A stretch of DNA of 64,000 nt from Ascoidea asiatica JCM 7603 (taxonomy: Eukaryota; Fungi; Ascomycota). The notes beneath the pieces are model-generated. The model was not told the origin of the DNA and did no database searches. It saw nothing but the letters and a program-made list of their open reading frames with translations. The translations under genes and the position numbers were made by a program. The first letter of the stretch is position 1. Every line of letters starts with the position of its first letter. Positions 57,101 through 64,000 of the stretch are shown here, in pieces. The DNA is taken from contig BCKQ01000003.1 of assembly GCA_001600695.1 (NCBI GenBank), forward strand, positions 1,355,116-1,419,115, in the 5' to 3' direction.

Positions 57101-57637
57101 TCTGTAAGTATGAAAGAAGAATCATCAGAAGATCTTCAAAATGCGCAGGCTTCTTTTGGTTTTATGGATCCAAGTAAAACTAATTTCTTATCTCCTCAAC
57201 AGTTGCAAAAACAAAGAATTTCGCAAAATAATCAAAAGGACAGGATAAGAAATTCTGTTCATAACAGTATGAGTGCTGGAAGTTTGCGAATGCAAGGTGC
57301 TAGAAATAGCCAACCTCCTATGAATACGATGAATCCCGCAATGGTTAATAGAATAGTACAAGAACGAATTAATCAAAATTCAAATGGGCCTACTAACGTC
57401 GGTAATCATCCTAATATTTCTCGAAACAGAGGTATGGGCAATCAAGCAAATCTACAACAGCTAAATCAACAAGCGTACCAGCGAGCTAGAAGACCTGATC
57501 AACAACAAAAGATACTTCAGATTTATATGCAACAACAACAGCAACAGCAATATTCTCAAAGGCCTGCAAATCGCCAAAATCAGCCAAATCAGTCAAGTCA
57601 AATACCTTATCAAAACCAGATTCAACAAACTCAATAG
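54113..57637 (+). CDS. TCO89: Tco89-like TORC1 subunit (largely disordered)
   Basis: HSRSVSYGKNLN and RTQKKLNLMR...DYSKLRAFENPMLNSLRCL resemble the conserved Tco89 blocks. The rest is N/S-rich with a Q-rich tail. Confidence 0.62.
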   Translation: MSVSRGRSSSNLVSTNNINSNNNAINNNSNSESLVFSKKKVSHPNKKPLQFSTKRSRSKSKPKFPPHSRSVSYGKNLNNINNNLLSLAPLSKIKSYDQTIISNSNSDSNLNSNQNIHKISSVTDCLYRTRSKSKPKVQFPYNFTNNPVNNNSTIKLFPQKKKISNSNKNIYHLRNQQLSRTISNSNNNYTSNKVIYSSSNNINKNNNINYNNNPIANNNSINSIISNTNVRNKNKISTNKSTFEIGSDNDSDSDSENNNFEDYSSESSSDSNSNSNSTVNSVIKESNPLSLTKNNKTTIQNNMKDILKSNKIINEINTQTNDKDKDKVKDKDKDRDNDHELESYQSVDDSLLSAKSNLNSISHLNSNVNIKTNNSNVIPTADIKKLITQNIPRSIPINDSINNLNQTFLSARDTIISIPNSFSTLNNNDTNKKDNNTNINNNNNNYNNNNHNYHNNKNNNNDNDNNNDNNDKIDNNTSNHTTTDNSISHKCDRNSKLEVIISNDQNDSMIEGRESSKSDDSNNFSNSNVSNDSNNLNISPKTPKISPKKVYTSKIPNKNIDFKSNQTKEISDRINEKINQRILSPTSPTVSISDKPSFSPTFKASLLLSQSMGIETKVHSPTLISKSKLDLNLHSNKEQGFQIPIPLPAKNLTDLSKVNVEKTDLKKSPKSIPSSTSSSVNKKSIESNNSLSGNKTLASMKFNNFFKEFYQPKSKIKAAPPSTIVFPTINTTTVGRISNHSTTIRKSKQELRTQKKLNLMRKAAIPDSQSSLALNNFSLNFPMHSLNDNLMNSSIYGFSGNSKSNSRSKPRLNYSIIDLSLNERAFLDYSKLRAFENPMLNSLRCLEMFEKTHQDFDFSADLHGDGDKRHNFVKNIPKDDEACNNSVNTSAAKSEEPSPVMVDVHSQNTVEKKDFMQGLIDLKNTYRVNPRHGFFYDSSKDRPHSLHRTTSQITFFGTKREKQIQDPDLVDEILRDDFNDLFSFYNEVKETLLKGVSVSMKEESSEDLQNAQASFGFMDPSKTNFLSPQQLQKQRISQNNQKDRIRNSVHNSMSAGSLRMQGARNSQPPMNTMNPAMVNRIVQERINQNSNGPTNVGNHPNISRNRGMGNQANLQQLNQQAYQRARRPDQQQKILQIYMQQQQQQQYSQRPANRQNQPNQSSQIPYQNQIQQTQ

Positions 57638-57673
57638 ACTCAATAGACTCAATAGACTCAAAAGACTCAGTAG
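57629..57673. repeat. (ACTCAATAG)n 9-bp repeat spanning the stop codon
   Basis: Three perfect plus two degenerate copies. Confidence 0.85.
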
Positions 57674-57889
57674 AATCGAGAATACATAACATTTATATTA
57701 TATAATTTCATAGATTTAATAAAGTTATTTTTAAGGGAAACTGAAACAACACAATATAAGATTAAAATACAAAAGATAAATATATATGTATAGTGTATAT
57801 ATATTATAAGAATATAATATTTTTAAAAAAAATTCTAGTAGAAAAATAAAGAAATTGAAACAAATTTATAGAAAATAATACTATGAAAC

Positions 57890-60523
57890 CTACCCTGAAC
57901 ACATCTCACAAGCCTCTGGGTTTTCTATTGAACAAGCAATAACTTTAGAGTTATATATGTCAATTTCATCTGGAGTCTCTGCTGTTGCAACAGTTTGTTC
58001 AGTTATATTACTCATTATATCAGAAGGTGAAATATCTGTTTCCAATTTTGTTTCTAAAGAATGATTTGATATATCAGACGAATTATCATGTAGTTCTTCA
58101 GTTATAGAGTGAGGTTTAACTGTTGAAGATTCTATCAGTTCTTCTAAAGTTGGAGTTTGGTGATCGCCTTTTGGAACAAATTTTTCAACATATTTTTTCA
58201 AATTCAATTTCTCAAGATCACCTGTCATCCCCGAAGCTGTAGCAGCTTCCTTCTCATCGATAGTAAACTGAATAGCTGCTGAGGCTGCTTGAGTTCTTAA
58301 ATAGTACATACCAGTTTTCAAACCTTTTTTCCAACCATAGAAATGCATACTAGTCAACTTTCCCATTGTTGGAGCTCTTAAATGAATATTTAATGATTGA
58401 GATTGATCGATGAAAGCACCCCTATCGGCTGACATATCAACAATAGTTTTTTGAGAGAGTTCCCAGACTGTCTTGTATAAATCTTTAATTTTCTTTGGAA
58501 TGTTTGGCAAGTGTTGAATTGAACCGTTATTTGAAATAATTGACTCCTTCATTGCATTAGACCATAGACCCATTGCCACTAAATCCTTTAACAAATATGG
58601 ATTAACTATTTGAAACTCACCTGCCAAAACACGACGCGAATAAATATTAGAGGTATAAGGTTCAAAGCATTCGTTATAACCAAGAATTTGAGAAGTTGAA
58701 GCAGTTGGCATAGGAGCGACTAATAAAGAATTTCTTAAACCATGTTTTCTAACTTTTGCTTTTAATTCTTCGTAGTCCCATAATTGAGAAGGTTTTCTTT
58801 CCCAAAGGTCAGGCTGTAAAATACCTTTAGATGCAGGAGATCCTGAATAGGTTTCATATGTTCCCAATTCAGAAGCAAGTTCAGTAGAAGCTTCAACTGC
58901 AGCGTGATAAATTGTTTCGAAAATTTGAATATTCAAAATTTTAGCTTCTGAAGAATCAAAAGGTAATCTTAACATCATAAATGTATCTGCTAAACCTTGA
59001 ACACCTAAAGCAATTGGCCTATTTTTCATATTAGATCTTTTTGCTTCTGGAACTGGATAAAAGTTACGATCAATAACGCGATCAAGATTTCTTGTTAAAA
59101 CTTTGGCTATTTCATGCAATTTATCAAAATCATACCAACAACTATGATCATCTTGTTGAACAAATGCTGGAAGGGCAAGAGAAGCTAAATTACAAACAGC
59201 AGTTTCTTGGGCATCTGAATACTCAACTATTTCACAGCAAAGATTAGAAGATTTGATCACACCAAGATTCTTTTGATTACTTTTTTTATTGCAAGCATCT
59301 TTATAAACCATGAAAGGAGTACCGGATTCAGTTTGAGCTTCTAAAATTGCAGACCATAACTTTTGAGCTTTAACAACTTTTATAGCTTTCCCATTTTTTT
59401 CATAGGATTCAAATAGTTTTTCAAATTCATCTCCATAACAATCACTTAAACCAGGAACTTCATTTGGAGAAAATAATGGCCAATCAAGGTTTTTTTCAAC
59501 TCTTTTCATAAATAAATCCGGGATCCAAAGAGCAGGAAATAAATCTCTTGCTCTAATCTCTTCTTTACCATGATTTTTTCTAATATCAATAAAATCAAAA
59601 ATGTCAGCATGCCATGGTTCAAGATAGATTGCAAAGGCACCAGGACGTTTATTACCACCTTGATCAACATATCTTGCAGTCATATTGAATACTCTTAACA
59701 TTGGGATAATACCATTGGAAGTACCATTAGTACCTGCAATATATGAACCGGTTGCTCTGATATTATGAATATGTAAACCTATACCACCAGCATGTTTTGA
59801 AATAACGGCCATTTCAGACAAAGTATCGAATATACCATTTATTGAATCATCCTTCATTGCAACAAGAAAACAAGAAGACATTTGCGGCTTTGGAGTTCCA
59901 GCATTGAATAATGTTGGAGAAGCATGAGTGAAATATTTTAGAGACATTAAATTATAAGTTTCAAGAACACGCTCGATATTATCACCATGAATACCAACCG
60001 CAACTCTCATAATCAAATGTTGAGGTCTTTCGGCCACTTTACCATTAATTCTTAATAAATAAGATCTTTCAAGAGTTTTAAAGCCAAAAAAATTATAGTT
60101 GAAATCACGATCATAAACGATTGCAGAGTTAAGCTCTTCAGAATGTTTCATTACACTTTTATAAGTATCATCAGATATCATCGGAGCATGTTGGTCTGTT
60201 TTTGGGTTAACATAATTATAAAGATCTGAAATAACAGCCGAAAATTGTTTCTTTGTTTGCTTATGTAAGTTAGAAATAGCTATTCTGGCAGCCAAAATAG
60301 CATAATCAGGATGAACAGTAGTCATATAAGCAGCAGTTTCAGCAGCAAGATTATCCAATTCAGCAGTAGTGACACCATGATAAACACCGGATATAACTCT
60401 TTGAGTAATTTTAACAGCATCGACATGATTCGAATCTAAGCCATAACAAAGTCGTGAAACTCTAGCAGTTATTTTATCGAAACGAACTTGTTCTTTTCGT
60501 CCATCTCTTTTATAAACAAACAT
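57890..60523 (-). CDS. RNR1: Ribonucleotide reductase large subunit
   Basis: True ATG at 60523 ([14 protein letters not shown] cone). [52 protein letters not shown] and C-terminal CEMCSG. Confidence 0.99.
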   Translation of the reverse strand: MFVYKRDGRKEQVRFDKITARVSRLCYGLDSNHVDAVKITQRVISGVYHGVTTAELDNLAAETAAYMTTVHPDYAILAARIAISNLHKQTKKQFSAVISDLYNYVNPKTDQHAPMISDDTYKSVMKHSEELNSAIVYDRDFNYNFFGFKTLERSYLLRINGKVAERPQHLIMRVAVGIHGDNIERVLETYNLMSLKYFTHASPTLFNAGTPKPQMSSCFLVAMKDDSINGIFDTLSEMAVISKHAGGIGLHIHNIRATGSYIAGTNGTSNGIIPMLRVFNMTARYVDQGGNKRPGAFAIYLEPWHADIFDFIDIRKNHGKEEIRARDLFPALWIPDLFMKRVEKNLDWPLFSPNEVPGLSDCYGDEFEKLFESYEKNGKAIKVVKAQKLWSAILEAQTESGTPFMVYKDACNKKSNQKNLGVIKSSNLCCEIVEYSDAQETAVCNLASLALPAFVQQDDHSCWYDFDKLHEIAKVLTRNLDRVIDRNFYPVPEAKRSNMKNRPIALGVQGLADTFMMLRLPFDSSEAKILNIQIFETIYHAAVEASTELASELGTYETYSGSPASKGILQPDLWERKPSQLWDYEELKAKVRKHGLRNSLLVAPMPTASTSQILGYNECFEPYTSNIYSRRVLAGEFQIVNPYLLKDLVAMGLWSNAMKESIISNNGSIQHLPNIPKKIKDLYKTVWELSQKTIVDMSADRGAFIDQSQSLNIHLRAPTMGKLTSMHFYGWKKGLKTGMYYLRTQAASAAIQFTIDEKEAATASGMTGDLEKLNLKKYVEKFVPKGDHQTPTLEELIESSTVKPHSITEELHDNSSDISNHSLETKLETDISPSDIMSNITEQTVATAETPDEIDIYNSKVIACSIENPEACEMCSG

Positions 60524-60776
60524 TTCAGATATTAATGATAACTTTTTTAGGTAAGGCAAAAAAGAAAAGAAAAGTTTGAAGGAAGTAAAAAGAAAAATTG
60601 AAAATAATTAGAACTAATAATATGATAATTATATAGTAAATATTTAACAATTAAGTGTATCAATTAAAAGTAATGAATGTCAAAATAAATCGAAAGAGGA
60701 TGGTATAATCATGAAGGAATATATTCGGTTGGGAAATATATTCTTTTATATGTATAAATTAGTTGATCAACAACAG

Positions 60777-60964
60777 ACGCGTAAACCAAAACAAATAAAT
60801 AACAAAAACAGAAATCATTGCAAATCTGAGATTTTTCAAAAGTTGAAAAAAGAAAATTGCGGTGAAAATAAAATAAATTACTGTCACGTGTAGGAACGAA
60901 CACCAATTAAAAGAACGCGTAAAAAAAATGCTATTACCATTATTATTATTTTTTCTTAACGCGT
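60777..60964. promoter_or_regulatory. Three MCB (ACGCGT) elements plus a Cbf1-type GTCACGTG in the RNR1 promoter
   Basis: ACGCGT at 60777, 60915 and 60959; GTCACGTG at 60883. RNR1 is a classic MBF target. Confidence 0.85.
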
Positions 60965-61389
60965 GTCTCAGAATAATGTTTTTCTTTTGGAGTAAAAAAA
61001 AATTCTCTGAAGCTATGTTTGGGGTCTAATAACTTAAGTTATTTACGAAAACGTCATTAGTAAAGCAGAGTTTTATTAAAGGTGTGTCTGATATGACGAC
61101 AACTAACGATTAATTGGTTTTATTGCAAAGATACATCTGATTTCTTTTTGGTTAGCTTTGAAACATTTTGAAGCATTTTGAGTGTTGCAAGAATAATTAA
61201 ACAATTATAAAAATTATGCAAGAGTGTAATGTTATATTCGTAATTCTCAACTATAATTAACTTAAAATTATCTAAGAAAAAATATTATGCCCAATTTTTC
61301 TGCTCGTAACATTCGATATTTTGCTGCGATTGGTTGAAAGTTTATATGTTTTTTAAGTTAAATTTTTCTTTCTCTTGAATCAAGATTTA

Positions 61390-62122
61390 TTAAGATAAAT
61401 TATCTGTAATTTTATAACTGACAAGAGTTTGAACTTTATGATTATTTGTACTGAAACTTCTGAGCTTCACTGTTTCTGCGTTAAGAATATCTTTTGAATC
61501 GGAGTCTATCCATTCACTAGGAACATTTTGAGTATTGGAATTTGCATAAACGAGAACATTGAATGTATGAGGCCCTTCTAAGACTGGTAAAAATGTGATT
61601 GAAGCTGTGATTTGTCTTATTATTGCTTGAATTTCCTTTTGAATTTGTTCTTTGGATTTTTCCTGGGGAAAAATATCGGGGTTTACCACCTTTTCTTCTT
61701 GCTCAGATAACTTATTTTCAAATATTTCAATATCAAATTCCCATCGTTCCACTATCTCATCATCATCTTTATTTACAATTGCAACCACTAATTTTGTTAT
61801 CTTTCCCCCGTATATCCATCCTTATTAGTTCATTCATCCACTGTTAGTATTATTAGAATTATTTTCTTGAAATTTTGATAGTGTTTTTTTACATACTATG
61901 TAGTTGATGCATTATTTTTTTAATATATGACTTTACATCTTCGTCAATTGTTACAAGCATATTCAATCCATATTTCTTGATAAGGGTAAAATCTTCTGGT
62001 GGGTATAATCCTCTTTGGTATAAAATTGAATTGATGCCATACTCAAAAAAATCCGAAACTATCTTCGATGATCCTTTTAAAGCCAATTTTGATCTTGTAG
62101 GTGCTGACTTTGTTTGGCTCAT
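61390..62122 (-). CDS. MAD2: Spindle checkpoint HORMA protein Mad2; exons 62122-61897 and 61820-61390 (218 aa)
   Basis: [31 protein letters not shown]. The 76-nt intron GTATGT...TACTAAC...AAG (61896-61821) restores [16 protein letters not shown]. Also [35 protein letters not shown]. Confidence 0.96.
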
Positions 62123-62355
62123 AATGATTGTTGAATATTTTAAGTTTCCTTCACGAGTTGAAGAAATTGATATTTGAATTTATAAAAGGCTAAAGATAGT
62201 GACCTACTTAAAAATATGACTAGAGCCTCATATTTTTAAATGTCTTTTTGATTTATTCGCTATTCACCTATTCACCAGTACCGTTTCAAAAGAAAGAAAG
62301 TAGAGAATCAAAAGTAAACAAAAAAAACATAGATTGTTTAATTCAGCCTTATAAA

Positions 62356-62393
62356 CACGTGATCATAAATATTTTTGTTCAGAAATTTTTTCA
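62356..62393. promoter_or_regulatory. CACGTGA and RRPE (TGAAAAAATTT, - strand) in the MAD2/AFG2 divergent promoter
   Basis: cacgtga at 62356 and aaattttttca at 62383-62393. RRPE is typical of ribosome-biogenesis genes such as AFG2. Confidence 0.65.
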
Positions 62394-62497
62394 ATAAAAA
62401 TAATTTGAGAAGTTTGAACTTAAAAAAAATAGCTAAGGAAAACAAAAGAAAGCTTTCAGAAGGAAAATGCAAAACCAGAAGGTGATTTGAATTCGCA

Positions 62498-64000
62498 ATG
62501 GTGAAAAGCGTAAATTTAAACACCCCAACAAAAGGAAAGAAAGTGTCTAATAAAGATCCTGAAACCCCTTCTAAAAAATCTATCTCTTCGAAATCAATTA
62601 AAGCTCCTAAAAGTTTCATTATCAGACCCTTTTTTTCAACAATTCCCAAAAATGCTGTGAAAATACTTTTAAGTCCGGCTTCACTTACAGCTCTAGATTT
62701 AATATGTGGTGATTTGGTACATATTTCTAAAGAAAATGATCAGAATAATGGTTTAATTGCTGAAGCTCAAACAAATACAGATTTATCGGATACTAGAATA
62801 GCGAGAGTTTCTAAAACAATTTTGGATATTTCCGGTTGGTTGTTGGGTGATCGACTAATTATAGAGAAACTTAATTACCAACCAGATTATGCAGTTTCTA
62901 TGCTTATTGGTATAAGTGACTTACAAATAGATGAAGAAAATATTGAAAATCAACTTCCTCTCAAAAAGTTCAGCAAAATATTTAATGAAATAGGATTAAT
63001 AATACCAGGAATGAAGGTCTCAATAGCTGGATTTGAAGTAACTGTTTTTGACTGTATGAGTGAAATAAAAGATGATGACATACTTTTGCCTCAATTGAAA
63101 GGCTTATCAATCGATAATCTAGATCCAACTACAGAAACTTTATCTTCTGACGAAAAAATGCAATGCCTTTTAAATGAAAGAAGATTACTTTCCCCAGCTT
63201 TAATATTTTCCAAGAATAATACAAACATTGAATACTCCACAAACACTTTTGCAAAAGACTCATTGATTCCTTTTAGTAAATATAATTTATCAGAAACCGT
63301 TTCATATGATTCAATAGGAGGATTATCTCATTCAATGAAAAAAATCCAATCAACAATTGAACTACCTTTATTCAAATCTAAAATATTTCAGGAATTCAAT
63401 ATAAAACCCCCTAGAGGAATTTTGTTATATGGACCTCCAGGAACTGGGAAAACAATGATTTTGAAGGCCATAGCCAACTCTACTAAAAATACTCATATTT
63501 TATCCATCAATGGTCCATCAATAATATCAAAATTTTTAGGAGGAACTGAAGAAAAGCTAACTAATATATTCAATGAGGCAAGGGAATTTCAACCTTCACT
63601 TATATTTATTGATGAGATTGATTCTTTGGTTCCATCCAGAGAGTCAGATGAGTCCTCGGAAATTGAAAATAGATTAGTTGCAACACTTTTAACTCTAATG
63701 GATGGGCTTGATGCTTCTCAGAATAACAAAATAATGGTCATAGCTTCAACAAACAGGCCCAACTCAATAGATAATGCATTGAGAAGGCCAGGAAGATTCG
63801 ATCAAGAAATTGAAATTGGAATACCTGATGTAAATTCAAGATTCGATATTTTGAGAAGAAACTTTAGAAAAATGAATCCTGAAAAACATAATATCACAGA
63901 TGAAGATCTTTTCCAAATCGCTTCTAAGACTCACGGATATGTCGGTGCTGATCTAGTCGCTCTTGGAAGAGAATCTGTTATGAAAGCTATCGAGAGGATT
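62498..64000 (+). CDS. AFG2: AAA+ ATPase Afg2/Drg1 (60S maturation), 3' end beyond the window; absent from the supplied ORF track
   Basis: ATG at 62498 after an in-frame TGA. APKSFIIRP N-domain, SYDSIGGL, IELPL, PPRGILLYGPPGTGKT (Walker A), INGPSIISKFLG, IFIDEIDS (Walker B), RLVATLLTLMDG, TNRPNSID.ALRRPGRFDQEIEIGIP, THGYVGADL. Confidence 0.93.
   Translation, partial: MVKSVNLNTPTKGKKVSNKDPETPSKKSISSKSIKAPKSFIIRPFFSTIPKNAVKILLSPASLTALDLICGDLVHISKENDQNNGLIAEAQTNTDLSDTRIARVSKTILDISGWLLGDRLIIEKLNYQPDYAVSMLIGISDLQIDEENIENQLPLKKFSKIFNEIGLIIPGMKVSIAGFEVTVFDCMSEIKDDDILLPQLKGLSIDNLDPTTETLSSDEKMQCLLNERRLLSPALIFSKNNTNIEYSTNTFAKDSLIPFSKYNLSETVSYDSIGGLSHSMKKIQSTIELPLFKSKIFQEFNIKPPRGILLYGPPGTGKTMILKAIANSTKNTHILSINGPSIISKFLGGTEEKLTNIFNEAREFQPSLIFIDEIDSLVPSRESDESSEIENRLVATLLTLMDGLDASQNNKIMVIASTNRPNSIDNALRRPGRFDQEIEIGIPDVNSRFDILRRNFRKMNPEKHNITDEDLFQIASKTHGYVGADLVALGRESVMKAIERI

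Noticed and set aside
29888-57692. Many hydrophobic I/L/F-rich antisense or alternate-frame ORFs (e.g. 29888..30115, 34830..35084, 48568..48969, 55385..55604)
   Set aside because: They are shadows of AAT-repeat (poly-Asn) coding sequence, not membrane peptides.
60524-60559. N-terminal extensions given by the ORF track (RNR1, and also starts at 23027, 28848, 36410, 38349, 50992)
   Set aside because: These begin at TTG/GTG. Eukaryotic initiation at the first ATG matches the conserved N-termini where these are known.

Overview
This is an extremely AT-rich eukaryotic window from a budding-yeast (Saccharomycotina-type) genome. It is gene-dense, has few introns (one with canonical GTATGT/TACTAAC signals) and encodes many Asn-rich low-complexity proteins. 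An NDUFAF5 homologue implies the organism retains respiratory complex I. An Ascoidea-like lineage is my guess from composition alone and is unverified. In order, the window holds: a decayed Ty3/gypsy retrotransposon 3' end, an Anp1/Mnn9-family mannosyltransferase, MLH3, a GCY1/YPR1-type aldo-keto reductase, probable SFI1, SMT3, UGA4, a class-III aminotransferase, an orphan TM/coiled-coil gene, NDUFAF5, two tandem paralogous velvet-like transcription-factor genes, DSC3, a probably spliced unknown gene, ARG8, a large unknown gene, DRE2, a Pac2-type WOPR factor, a TCO89-like gene, RNR1, intron-containing MAD2 and the 5' part of AFG2. The main highlights are: (1) the tandem pair of highly divergent velvet-domain-like regulators behind 3-4 kb gene-free regions, from a family reported absent in Saccharomyces and Candida; (2) an Mlh3 that has cleanly lost its ATP-lid motif but keeps the endonuclease site; (3) a possible omega-amino-acid permease plus transaminase gene pair. 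All homology calls come from remembered motifs; no searches were run.
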